NCBI RefSeq assembly: GCF_016433145.1
Contig: NC_058131.1
Location: 556,490,736-556,554,735 of the forward strand
Reading direction: 5' to 3'
Source of the DNA: Gracilinanus agilis
Taxonomy: Eukaryota
DNA length: 64,000 bases
The notes beneath the pieces are model-generated. The model was not told the DNA's origin and searched no databases. It saw only the letters and a list, made by a program, of their open reading frames with translations. The translations under genes were made by a program, and so were the position numbers. How positions within the stretch are numbered: the stretch's first letter is position 1; each line of letters starts with the position of its first letter. This document shows positions 49,164-61,700 of this stretch, one piece after another.

Positions 49164-52100
49164 TTTTTAAAAACATTTATTAATATTCATTTTTAACATG
49201 GTTACATGATTCATGCTCCTTCTTTCCCCTTCACACCCCGCACTCCCCCCACCCATGGCCGATACACATTTCCACTGGTTTTAACATGTGTCATTGATCA
49301 AGACCTATTTCCAAATTGTTGATAGTTGCATTGGTGTGGTAGTTTCAAGTCTACATCCCCAATCATGTCCACCTCAACCCATGCATTCAAGCAGTTGTTT
49401 TTCTTTTATGTTTCCTCTCCTGCAGTCCTTCCTCTGAATGTGGGTAGCGTTCTTACCATAAATCCCTCAGAGCTGTCCTGTGTCATTGCATTGCTGCTGG
49501 TACAGAAGTCCACTGCATTCAGTTTTACCATAGTATATCAGTCTCTGCCTACAGTGTTCTTCTGGCTCTGCTCCTTTCACTCTGCATCAGTTCCTGGAGG
49601 TCTTTCCAGTTAACCTGGAATTCCTCTAGTTTATTATTCCTTTAAGCACAATAGTATTCCATCACCAGCATATACCACAATTTGTTCAGGCATTCCCCAA
49701 TTGAAGGACATACCCTCATTTTTCAGTTCTTTGCCACCACGAAAAGCACAGCTATAAATATTTTCATACAAGTCTGTTTACTTATGATCTCTTTGGGGTA
49801 CAAACCCAACAATGGTATGGCTGTATCAAAGGGCAGGCATTCTTTTATAGCCCTTTGAGCATAGTGCCAAATTACCAGCCAGAATGGTTGGATCAGTTCA
49901 CAACTCCACCAGCAATGCATTAATGTCCCAATTTTGCCACATCCCCTCCAGCACTCATTACTCTCCCCTTCTTTCATTTTAGCCAATCTGCTAGGTGTGA
50001 AGTGATACCTAAGAGTTGTTTTGATTTGCATTTCTCTAATTATTAGAGATTTAGAACACTTTCTCATGTGCTTATTGATACTTTTGATTTCTTTACCTGA
50101 AAATTGCCTATTCATGTCTCTTGCTCATTTACCAATTGGGGAATGGCTTGATTTTTTATACAATTGATTTAATTCCTTATATATTTGAGTAATTAGACCC
50201 CTCTCAGAGTTTTTTGTTATAAAGATTTTTTCCCAATTTGATGTTTCCCTTCTGATTTTGACTACATTGTTTTTGTTTGTACAAAAGCTTTTTAGTTCAA
50301 TATAATCAAAACCATTTAATTTATATTTTGTAATTTTCTCTAACTCTTGCTTGGTTTTAAAGTCTTTCCTTTCCCAGAGATCTGACAAGTATACTATTCT
50401 GTGTTCACTTAACTTATTTGTAGTTTCCTTCTTTATATTCAAGTCATTCACCCATTCTGAATTTATCTTGGTGTAGGGTGTGAGATGTTGATCTAGACCT
50501 AATCTCTCCCATATTGTTTTCCAAATTTCCCAGCAGTTTTTGTCAAATAGTGGATTCATGTCCCAAAAGTTGGGCTCTTTGGGTTTATCATACACTGTCT
50601 TGCTGATGTCATTTACTCCAAGTCTATTCCACTGATCCCCCCTTCTGTCTCTTAGCCAATACTATATTGTTTTGATGACTGCTGCTTTATAGTAGAGTTT
50701 AATATCTGGTACTGCTAGGCCCCCTTCCTTCACATTTTTTTCATTATTTCCCTTGATATTCTTGACCTTTTGTTATACCAAATGAAATTTGTTATAGTTT
50801 TTCCTAATTCAGTAAAGAAGTTTTTTGGTAGTTTGATAGGTATGGTGCTAAATAGGTAAATTAATTTGGGTAGAATGGTCATTTTTATTATGTTAGCTTA
50901 TCCTACCCATGAGAAATCAATGGCTTTTCAATAGTTGAGATCCAGTTTTATTTGTTTGGAAAGTGTTTTGTAGTTGTTTTCTTATAATTGCTGTGTTTGT
51001 TTGGTAGATAGATTCCCAAGTATTTTATATGGTCTAGGGTGATTTTAAATGGTGTTTCTCTTTCTATCTCTTGCTGCTCTAATGTGTTGGAAATATATAG
51101 AAATGCTGATGATTTATGGGCATTTATTTTGTATCCTGCAACCTTGCTTAAGTTGGTGATTATTTCTACAAGCTTCTTAGTTGATTCTATAGGATTTTTT
51201 AAGTAGACCATCATATCATCTGCAAAGAGTGATAGCTTAGTCTCCTCATTGCCTATTTTAATACCTTCAATTTCTTTTTCTTCTCTAATTGCTACTGCTA
51301 GTGTTTCTAGTACTATGTTGAATAATAGAGGTGATAATGGGCATCCTTGTTTCACTCCTGATCTTATTGGGAAGGCTTCTAATTTATCCCCATTGCATAT
51401 GATGCTCGTTGATTGTTTTAGGTATATACTGTTTATTATTTTAGGAAAGGTCCTTCTATTCCTATACTTTTCAGGGTTTTCAATAGGAATGGATGCTGTA
51501 TTTTGTCAAAGGCTTTTTCAGCATCTATTGAGATAATCATGTGATTTTTGTTTGTTAGACTGTTGATATGGTCAATTATGTGGATGATTTTCCTAATGTT
51601 GAACCATCCTTGCATTCCTGGTATAAATCCCACCTGATCATGGTGGATGATCTTCATAATTACTTGCTGGAGTCTCTTTGCTAGTATTTTATTTAAGATT
51701 TTTGCATCTATGTTCATTAGGGAGATTGGTCTGTAGTTTTCTTTCTCTGTTTTTGATCTACCTGGCTTTGGAATCAGTACCATATTTGTGTCATCAAAGG
51801 AATTTGGTAGGACTCCTTTGCTTATCATATCAAATAATTTGTATAGTATTGGGATTAGTTGCTCTTTGAATGTCTGATAGAATTCACTTGTGAATCCATC
51901 AAGCCCTGGCGATTTTTTCTTAGGGAGTTCTTTGATGGTTTATTCAGGTTCTTTTTCTCATATGTGATTATTTAGGAATTCTATTGCTTCTGCTGTTAAT
52001 CTAGGTAATTATATTTTTGTAAATATTCATCCATATCTCCTAAATTGTTATATTTGTTGTCATATAATTGGGCGAAATAGTTCTTAATGATTGCCTTAAT

Positions 52101-53804
52101 TTCCCCTTCATTAGAGGTGAGGTCTCCCTTTTCATCTTTGATACTGTCAATTTGGTTTTCTTTTTCCTTTTTTTATTAGATTGACCAGTACTTTGTCTAT
52201 TTTATCTGTTTTTTCAAAATACCAACTTCTAGTCTTATTTATTAATTCAATAGTTCTTTTACTTTCGATTTTATTAATTTCTCCCTTGATTTTTAGTATT
52301 TCTAATTTAGTTTTCATCTGGGGATTTTTAATTTGCTCGCTTTCTAGTTTTTTGAGTTGCATGCCCAATTCATTAATCTCTGCCCTCCCTAATTTGTTAA
52401 TATATGCACTCAAGGATATAAATTTCCCCCTGAGTACTGCCTTGGCTGCACCCCACAGAGTCTGGTAGGGTGTCTCATCATTGTCATTCTCTTCAATGAA
52501 ATTGTTGATTGTTTCTATGATTTCTTCTTTGACTAATTGGTTTTGGAGGATCATATTATTTAATTTCCAATTAGTTTTTGATTTTCCTGTCCAGGTACCC
52601 TTACTAATTATTATTTTTATTGCACTATGATCTGAGAAGGTTACATTTATTATTTCTGCTCTTTTGCATTTGTTTGCAATGTTTCTATGTCCTATTACAT
52701 GGTCAATCTTTGTAAATGTCCCCATGTGCAGCTGAAAAGAAGATGTATTCCTTTTTGTCCCTATTTATTTTTCTCCACATACCAATTAAATCTAATTTTT
52801 CTAGGACTTCATTCACCTCTCTTACCTCTTTCTTATTTATTTTTGGTTTGATTTATCTAGATCTGAAAGAGGAATATTTAGATCTCCCACTATTATGGTT
52901 TTACTATCTATTTCCTTCTTGAGCTCTGCCATTTTCTCCTTTATAAATTTGGATGTTATGCCACTTGGTGTGCACATATTGAGCAGTGTTATTTCCTCAT
53001 TGTTTATACTGTCTTTAATCAGGATGTAATGAAATTCCTTGTCTTTTTTATCATATCTATTTCTACTTTGGCTTTGTCAGAAATCATAATAGCCACTCCT
53101 GCCTTCTTTTTCTCATTTGACCCCCAAAAGGTTTTGCTGAAGCCCTTAACCTTAAACTTGTGTACAATTTTGGTTTCTAATCCACTCTGCTATTTGCTTG
53201 TTTTATGAGAGAGTTCATCCCATTCAGATTCAGAGTTATAATTATCAGTTGTGCATTCGCTGACATTTTTGTATCCTCCCCTAGTTCTATCTCTTCTTCT
53301 TACACTATTTCCTTTTAAACCAGTGGTTTGCTTTAAGCCCGTATCCCTTATCCCCTCCCTTGATTGCTTCCCTTTCTACCCCCTCCCTTATTATTCCCCT
53401 CTTTTTATTTTTAAAGGCCTAATGAATTCCTTCCCCCTTCTTCTCCCCTCCCTTTTTTGACCTCCCCACTCCCCTGCTCCCCTTGGTTTATACCTTCTGA
53501 CTTTCTCAGTAGGGTTAGATAGAGTTTTATATCCCAATGGATAATATAGCTACTCTTCCCTCTCCGGGTTGATTACACTGAGAGTAAGGTTTAAATATTA
53601 CCTCTTAATGCTCTCTTCCTCTCCTTCTTATAATAGTGTTTGTCCCCTCCCATTCCCATGCCTTCTTTGTGTGTAATAGAATATCCTATTTTTTCTTATT
53701 CACTTGTTTCTCTTGGTGTCCCCTACTATTCACCTCTCTCTTTCCCACCCCCCATATCATCTTAGACCATTTAGTATTCCACCCTCTCCCTAAGTATTAT
53801 TCTT
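49164..53804 (-). mobile_element. 5'-truncated L1_Mdo-type LINE-1: inter-ORF spacer, disrupted ORF2 (EN, RT, C-terminus), 3'UTR, 17-bp TSD
   Basis: ORF2 begins at ATG 53266 (MSANAQLIIITLNLNGMN). Fragments contain [41 protein letters not shown] and LFADDM, with several frameshifts. TSD aggtccaactgattctt (49147-49163) / aggttcaattgattctt (53805-53821). Confidence 0.95.
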
Positions 53805-56363
53805 AGGTTCAATTGATTCTTATGATTTCCAATTCATTCCTATGATTTCTTTTTTCTTTTTTAAATGTTCTTTATTTTTGTTCTGAATTTAACAAGTGCC
53901 AAATAAAACAAGCATTTCCATACATAAAGCAAAACAGAAAAAAAAACTTTTACAAAAAAACTCAAATCTCTATTATGTACAACTTGCTTTTCTTAATGCA
54001 TAAGAGAAATTTAGTATGTAACTTTGAAAAGTATCGTGCTTTTCTATGTTTCCTTTTGATCCTTTTTCTTTTGACATCTATGCATTAAAAAAGGTTTCTT
54101 TTTTTCAGCCTCTCTTTCACCTCTCTACACCATAGAAGGCATAATTCAGCAAACAGTTATTTTATAGGTTGTCAATTTAAATATTTTAAGCTTTGCAATA
54201 AATGTGTTAGATGAAAAAAAAATTCAAAGTAAAGAACTGAGCATTCCAACAGCAGAGGATTCATATAAATAGAAATCATATCTTAGTGTAAGATTTTTTC
54301 CCCTAGCAACAGCATGGAAGATAGACTGAAAAAAGGAGAATAGAGGCAAGATGACATATAAGGGAGGCTATTTCAATAGTCCAGGTTAGTGTTAATGAGA
54401 GCTAATTCTGGGGCATTTCTAGTAAGAATAGTGATCAATTGTTCATCATCTTGACTGAGTGCACAGCATGATATAATTCTAGAGCACTAGATCTGGAATC
54501 AAGAAAATGTGAGTTCAGATACACTTATTTACTGTGTGACCCTAGGCAAGTTACTTAACCTTAATTTTCCTCAATTCTCTCATCTCTAAAATGGAATTAT
54601 AATAACACCTACTTCTCACAATTGCTGAGAGGATAAAATGAAATAATAATTATTAGACACTTTGTAAATATTAAAAAGATATATACATGCTAACTTATTC
54701 AGTATTATTAATTAGTAATAAAGAGGCAACATGAAATATTGGCTTGAGAGCTGGATTTGAGTCTCTGAAGAGTGGGACTCCAATTCTGCCTTACACACTT
54801 TTTTAGCTAGGGTCAGGCCATTTAACATCTCTCAACCTCAATTTTCTCATTTGTAAAATGGAGATGATAATAAGGGTATCTGCTTCACAGTGGATATTCA
54901 TAGTGCAGAGTGAATATCAAATGAAATAGTGTAGATATAAAGTGCTTTGCAAATCTTAGATTCATTTTGTTTAACAGCAAAAAATAAATTTTGTTTAAAA
55001 TTCTTCCAAAACATAAGCACATTTTCTAGGCTTGATAAATTCAAATGTAAAAATTTTTATTTTATTTTAACCATTTCAGGGAGGTAAAATTCATTTAATA
55101 CACAAATACAGTAAAATAAGCAGGGGCTACAAGAGCATCAAATTGTTAGGATAACATAAAATGTGCCAGTTGTAAATCTTCTTAATTTCCAAACTGTTCC
55201 CTTCAATTATCATATGCATGAAGCTCAATTAAATAATAGTTTCTTTTCCTTCCACTTTTCCCTTCTTTCTTCTACTAAAGTCATTGTGGCATAGTGGAAA
55301 GATGATTAGATTCGTATCTCACCCCTGACATTTAATAACTATATGGCCTTGGGCCAAATCACTTAACCTTTCTGGGCATCAATTTCCTCTTCTGTAAAAT
55401 AGGGTTAATAATAATATCTATACTACATAACTGGTGGGGTAGCCTTGGGATTCAAAAGGTAATTTATATAAACTTTTTTATTATGTAAATTATGTAAACT
55501 TTTATAAATGTCAAATTTTATTTTGTTCTTTTCTATAACTTTAAATTAGAGAATACCTAATGTTCAGTTGTTTTTGTCCTTTCCCCACCCCCAGAAAGAT
55601 AAAGTTAGTTTCAGGATAATATTTATTTTCTTATTAACCACTTAGTAGTGCTATTCAGAAATGAAAGGTCATTTCTTGGTAAACAATGGATGACCCTTCA
55701 CTGAAGGTCTTCAAGTAGAAGCAAAATGACTCTTGAGAATGATAGAAAGATGACTACATGTGGACTAAAAAAGGGTTAGGGAGAGTTAGAATAAAGGTCC
55801 TTTGGGGTCCTTTTGGACACTAAGATTCTGTGGTTCTGAAATTCAAAGGCTAGATGACCACCAACCTAGAATATTGTCAATATAATTCTTGTTTAATTTT
55901 TGGATTGGAATGGATGATTTCTGAGATTATTTCCAACTCTGAGATCCAGTGACTCAATACCACTGTGAAATGGACAAAGCTTTTCTCCCCTAAGTCTTAA
56001 CTTCATCTATAAAGTAAAATCAGACTAGAGAAGATCTCTAAAACTGCTTAAGCTATGATCCTAAAATCTTTTCTCTCTGTCTCTGAAGCCATGATTCCCA
56101 GAAATGTTTCATTATCAGTGAAATCAGAGAAAAATATAGACCCCAGAGAGGTAATAATTCTTGGGGTTTACTGTCTTATTCCCGATTCCTCAAAATACAA
56201 CTACCCATGGTAGATAGAAAAGAAGCTTTTTAGGTAGTTAAATTTGCCTTGAGAGTATAATTATTTTCTAGAAATATTAAACCCAATGGATTCACCCTAT
56301 TATGGAGTGGTTTGACCTCTGGGTGTCCCAAATGGTTTTATGTTTCTTTAATTTTGATTTATT

Positions 56364-57299
56364 TCAACCTTTTTTTCCTTCCCCCAAAACCCTGTGCCTC
56401 CACAAGCGTTTCACAGCATTCTTCACATCCTCATTCCTTAGAGTGTAGATGAGGGGATTTAGCATTGGAGTGATAGTGGTATAGAACACAGAGACTGCCT
56501 TGTCTAGTGGGAAGGTAGTAGATGGACGAAGGTAGATAAAGATGCATGGGACAAAAAAGAAGGTCACCACTGTCAAGTGAGAGCCACAGGTGGAAAGAGC
56601 CTTTCTACGGCTCTCTGAAGAGTGCTTCCGGAGGCTCAGTAGGATAACCATATAAGAGGTTAGTAAAATGAGGAAGCAACCCAGGGAGATGAGACCACTA
56701 TTGGCCACCACTAACAGGTTCACTAAGGAGGTATCTGCACAGGCAAGTTTGAGGACAGGATGAACATCGCAGAAATAGTGGTCGATGACACGAGCACTAC
56801 AGTAGGGAAGCTGGAAAGTCAGAAGGGTCTGCACAAATGAGTGGCCCAGGGCACCTGCCCAAGACAATAAGGCTAGCACAGCACAGGTGTTGACACTCAT
56901 GATGGTGCTATAGCGTAGAGGCTGGCAGATGGCAGCATAGCGGTCAAACGCCATTACTGTGAGGACAAAAATCTCAGCACAGCCAAAGAAGTGAAAAGTA
57001 AACATTTGTGTAACACAGCCCCAATAGGAGATAGTCTTGTCCTCTGAGATGAAGTCTGCAATCATTTTAGGGGCTGTGGCTGAGGAGTAGGCAATGTCCA
57101 CAAAGGAGAGGTTACTTAAGAAAAAATACATGGGAGTATGGAGCTTAGACTCCAAGCATACTGTGAATAGGATCAGCAGGTTCCCCACTATGATCACGGT
57201 ATAGAAGAGGAGGAACAGGGAGAAGAACATCAGCTGCATCTTAGGATCCTGGGACAGCCCTAGGAATACAAACTCAGTAATGTTGTTGACTACTTCCAT
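56364..57299 (-). CDS. OR4H12: Olfactory receptor family 4, probably subfamily H (OR4H12/OR4H6-like), 311 aa, intact
   Basis: Full OR ORF ([44 protein letters not shown]). TISYWGCVTQMFTFHFFGCAEIF, SATAPKMI and RPSTTFPLDKAVSV resemble human OR4H pseudogenes from memory. Its position next to OR4M fits the human order. The subfamily call is less certain than the OR call. Confidence 0.88.
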   Translation of the reverse strand: MEVVNNITEFVFLGLSQDPKMQLMFFSLFLLFYTVIIVGNLLILFTVCLESKLHTPMYFFLSNLSFVDIAYSSATAPKMIADFISEDKTISYWGCVTQMFTFHFFGCAEIFVLTVMAFDRYAAICQPLRYSTIMSVNTCAVLALLSWAGALGHSFVQTLLTFQLPYCSARVIDHYFCDVHPVLKLACADTSLVNLLVVANSGLISLGCFLILLTSYMVILLSLRKHSSESRRKALSTCGSHLTVVTFFFVPCIFIYLRPSTTFPLDKAVSVFYTTITPMLNPLIYTLRNEDVKNAVKRLWRHRVLGEGKKG

Positions 57300-57328
57300 T
57301 GGGGCCCAGGTAGAAAAACTCCAGCTAC

Positions 57329-57360
57329 CTGCAGAGATTCATAAATGCCACAGACAAAGT
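57329..57360 (-). promoter_or_regulatory. Probable 3' splice acceptor of the OR4H coding exon
   Basis: Minus strand reads gcatttatgaatctctgcag|gtagctgg, 29 nt upstream of the ATG. Confidence 0.55.
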
Positions 57361-57694
57361 GAGCATTATTGAAAACAACCAAACTGACAATATATTCAAA
57401 TATAAATGCTTAAGTAATGTTGAGTATTTCATGGAAATTGGAAGAAACATAGATCCAGAGCTGTGTAAAGAATCATTCTTATAAATTGTTTAAAAATTAA
57501 AGCTGAATAAAAGTAAAAGGGGCTTCCTTTGGGAGGAAGTAGACCACCTCCCTCTTCAACGGGTTATCATGATGTCATGATGTTGAGGATCAAATGAGAT
57601 AATATATGTAAAGCATTTTGTGAATCTTAATGTGCTAAATAAATGTTCACCAATATTACAGACCCAGGTCATTCATCTAAGTTTTAAGGACTTT

Positions 57695-58222
57695 NNNNNN
57701 NNNNNNNNNNNNNNNNNNNNNNNNNNNNNNNNNNNNNNNNNNNNNNNNNNNNNNNNNNNNNNNNNNNNNNNNNNNNNNNNNNNNNNNNNNNNNNNNNNNN
57801 NNNNNNNNNNNNNNNNNNNNNNNNNNNNNNNNNNNNNNNNNNNNNNNNNNNNNNNNNNNNNNNNNNNNNNNNNNNNNNNNNNNNNNNNNNNNNNNNNNNN
57901 NNNNNNNNNNNNNNNNNNNNNNNNNNNNNNNNNNNNNNNNNNNNNNNNNNNNNNNNNNNNNNNNNNNNNNNNNNNNNNNNNNNNNNNNNNNNNNNNNNNN
58001 NNNNNNNNNNNNNNNNNNNNNNNNNNNNNNNNNNNNNNNNNNNNNNNNNNNNNNNNNNNNNNNNNNNNNNNNNNNNNNNNNNNNNNNNNNNNNNNNNNNN
58101 NNNNNNNNNNNNNNNNNNNNNNNNNNNNNNNNNNNNNNNNNNNNNNNNNNNNNNNNNNNNNNNNNNNNNNNNNNNNNNNNNNNNNNNNNNNNNNNNNNNN
58201 NNNNNNNNNNNNNNNNNNNNNN
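57695..58222. other. Assembly gap (528 N) flanked by a GA/GGGA-rich repeat
   Basis: Run of N; 58223-58290 is a purine microsatellite. Confidence 0.99.
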
Positions 58223-58355
58223 GGGAGGGAGGGAAAGAGGGAGAGAGAGAGAGAGGGAGGGAGGGAGGGAAGGAGGGAGGGAAAGAGAGAGACAGTATTA
58301 TTTTGGGGAAATACTGAAAACTAAGAATCAAAAATGTTCTGTCTAGACTCTAGAT

Positions 58356-58762
58356 CAGTGATGGAGAACCTATGGCATGGGTGTCAAAGATGGCACACAG
58401 AGAACTCTCTGTGGGCAAGTGGGTCTCCCCCCAACCCCCCTCCTGCAGAGGGACTCAGATGGAGCTGCTCCCCTCTCCCTCTGCACCATACCTGATGGCA
58501 TTTTTTCACATCCCACCCCCTCATCTGCCTAGCAGCCCAATGAGAGTGCACAGAGGGTAAGGTAGAAGGCTCACAGGCGGCAGAGCTGGAGGGGAGTGGA
58601 GTGGTCTCCACATGGGCCTCTCATCACCTGCCCCTCTGCCCAGCAGCCCAGTGGGAGCCCTTCCTTCCTCCCCTATCTGGTGTAAGGGGGATATGGAGCT
58701 CAACATTCAGTCTCTGGGGGAGCAGGCAGGGCACTCAGTCTCTAAAAGGTTCACCATCACTG
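58356..58762. mobile_element. Non-autonomous hAT transposon (OposCharlie/OC1-like MITE), 407 bp
   Basis: 16-bp TIRs CAGTGATGGAGAACCT / CAGTGATGGTGAACCT and a perfect 8-bp TSD ctctagat (58348-58355, 58763-58770). Family name is from memory. Confidence 0.88.
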
Positions 58763-61700
58763 CTCTAGATTGTAATTAGTGGAATCAAGAAGAGTAAAGA
58801 GAAATGGAAAAGAGGAAAAGCATTTATTAAGCACCTACTATGTGCTAGGCATTCAGCTTGACATATATTAGACATTAAGTGTTTCACAAGTATTATCTAA
58901 TTTAATTCTCACAACATCCCTTGAAACAGATGCTGTTATAATACTCATTTTATAATTGTCCATCTTTCATTTGTTAAGAGGTTCAATGACATCATCAGGG
59001 TATGTCTTGACTTGTGGAATACTTGAAGAAACGGAGGAAGACAGAACTTGAAAGACTTGGCTAGGATCACAAAGTTAGTAGGTGTCTAAGGCCAAATTCA
59101 AACTCAGATCTTTCTTACTCCTTCCACTTTTCTCTATGTACTGGAGATCACTGACTAGGTGAGAACAATCCAGCTTCCCTACTTTTGAATAAAATAATGG
59201 GATCATAGAATTAGAGCTAGAAAAGGCCTCGGAGGTTATCTAGTCCAACTTCTTCATTTTACAATTGAGAAAACTGAGGCCCAGGGAGGTTAAGAGAATT
59301 GTCCAAGGTCTCACAAGTTATACATCTCAGAGGCAAGATTTGAACTCCTGGCTCTTTAATTACAGGAGCAGTGTTCTTTTCACTATACTAAATTGAGAAT
59401 GGCAATAAATTTAAAGGTAAAAATGTATCCCATACAAAAATGCTAAATTACATATTTTTGTATATTTTAGTTGAGAATAATATTTTTTTAAAATTTCACA
59501 ACAAATGTCAAGAATTAATTTAATAGAGGTGACAGGGAGCTAGCTAAATAAAACAAACTGGCAGAATTTGGAAAACCAGAAATCCTATTTAGAGTAACTA
59601 TAAAGAACACAGATATAATTCCATCTTAGATGTGGAGTAAAGGTTCAGCTTTCACAAATATGAGGAATCGCTCATAAAAGTAGAAGCAGGAAGTAGAAGC
59701 AGGGCATATTAAGGAAAGGACAAGTTAGCTCATTTAGTTCCTTGGAAAGGATAGAGAAATTATGGATAGAAAGATAAGGTCCAAGCAATACATTGATTTA
59801 CCTTTATGTATGTATGTATGTATGTATGTATGTCTATATGTATATGTATAATATAATACATGTATTATATTATACATATTTGATGTTTCATTAAAATAAG
59901 CAACTTGAAGGATGCTCAGGAATTCCTCTCCCCTGAGCAGACTGGAAAGTACAAAACTTCCTAAATTTTGTTTTAAAAATTCACCTATCCCAGAAATAAT
60001 TTCCAAACACCATGATCTCTATTAACAAACACTTCCTTTTCATTATCCATCTCAAAATGACCTCTTGACTTCCAAAGTCATTACCCAAATCTGGTTCAAT
60101 GCTACCACCTCTTTACTTGTAGGATCTGTTAAAAAGGTATCTCCTTGGTACAATTGGGTGGCTCAGTGGATAGAGAGTCAGGCTTAGAGATAGGACAGTC
60201 CTGGGTTCAAATGTCACCTCAGACATTTCCCAACTATGTGAGCCTGGGCAAGTCATTTAACCCTTATGTTCTAAGTGCCTTAGAAAAGTACTTAATATTG
60301 ATTCTAAGACAGAAACTAAGGATTTTGAAAAAGAGAAGTCCTGTTTGACAGGAGTCTAAGAGAAAAACTTCTTGGCCAGACTGCTTTTATCCTCCAGAGT
60401 CTAATTAGGAAGCCTATTGCCCTCTTTTGATCTTCTTGCTCTTGCCAAGACCTTGGAAGCCATAGAGTCCACCCTCTCCTCCATTTTTCTGAAGAAGAAA
60501 CTGAGGCAAAGGCAGGAATAAGCAAATAGTGCCTTACACACCATTTCTTCAACTGTAGTAAGGCAATAATAATAGTACCTGCCTCTCAGAGTTGTTATGA
60601 GGATCAAATAAAATAATATTTGTAAAGCAAATAGGCTGCGGCGCCTAAAGACTATGGGTTCTCTCTGATTAAGTAAATTGGTAAGATAGTCTAAGGAACT
60701 AAATAAAATGCCAGTATTTGAAAGGGACAGTACTTTAAGGGAGTATGATAGTGTGGGTATGGAGTAAGAACTGGGCTAAGACATATCTCTAACACAGACT
60801 GTCCATTGCAACCTTGCTCAAATTGGTTAACCTCTCTTTTGGTGTCAAATGTAAATATAAATAGATCCTTACTGGGGATTATATTAGCTTTGTTGTTGTT
60901 CAGTCATTTAGTCCTATCCAGGTCTTTGTGACCTCAAAAGGCATTCCAGGTCTTTCTTTTCCCCATTACCTCTCAAAGTCTGTCCAAGCTCATTATTTCC
61001 ATGACATTATCCATCTCAACCCCTGCTAGCCCCTTTTCCTTTGGCCTTCAATACTTTCCCAACATCAGGGTCCTTTCCAATGAATCATGTCTTCTCATTA
61101 TGTGGCCAAAGTATTTAAGCTTCAGGTTCACTATTTGTTCTTTCTGTGAATATTTTGAATTCATTTAAGTATTGACTGAGGTGATCTCCAGGAATGGCAT
61201 ATAGACTCAGGAAATCCCAAATTAGAATCATCTATGTTGTATTTTGTTTTTATTTGTTTTGTTAAACATTTTCCTAATTTTTTTAATTTGGTTTGATATT
61301 TGGAGGAGTTTTCTCTGCTTGCTTCTGGCAGAGAACTGGGAGCCTGACATCTCTGCTAGTCTCTCTAAGACTTCAAGTTGCAAAGATGGTCCTGACCTAT
61401 ATTGGTAAATTTCCTCATTTAGGTATTCCTATACCAGTGATATCACAGGCCTAATAACTATGCCCTAACGTTATACATTAATTAAATGAAAAGATTATTC
61501 ATTTCTTCATTATCAAGTTTCCAGCAAAAAAAAATAGAACTATTCTATAAACTTTTTTATGAAAAACTAAAAGCATAGCCATAGAATGAAGGTTGTTAAC
61601 TAGGTGTCCACTCATAGTCCTGATCACAGAATTTAACACTGGACAAAATGTTGGTGCTTATCATGTCCAAATCCTTTGGTTATAAATGAAGACAGTGCAA

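Noticed and set aside
49723-52725. L1 ORF2 pieces as an active element or domesticated RT
   Set aside because: Multiple frameshifts and stops, a deletion in the endonuclease, and no ORF1 or promoter.
57620-58331. 234-aa and 215-aa ORFs
   Set aside because: Artefacts of translating through the N gap.
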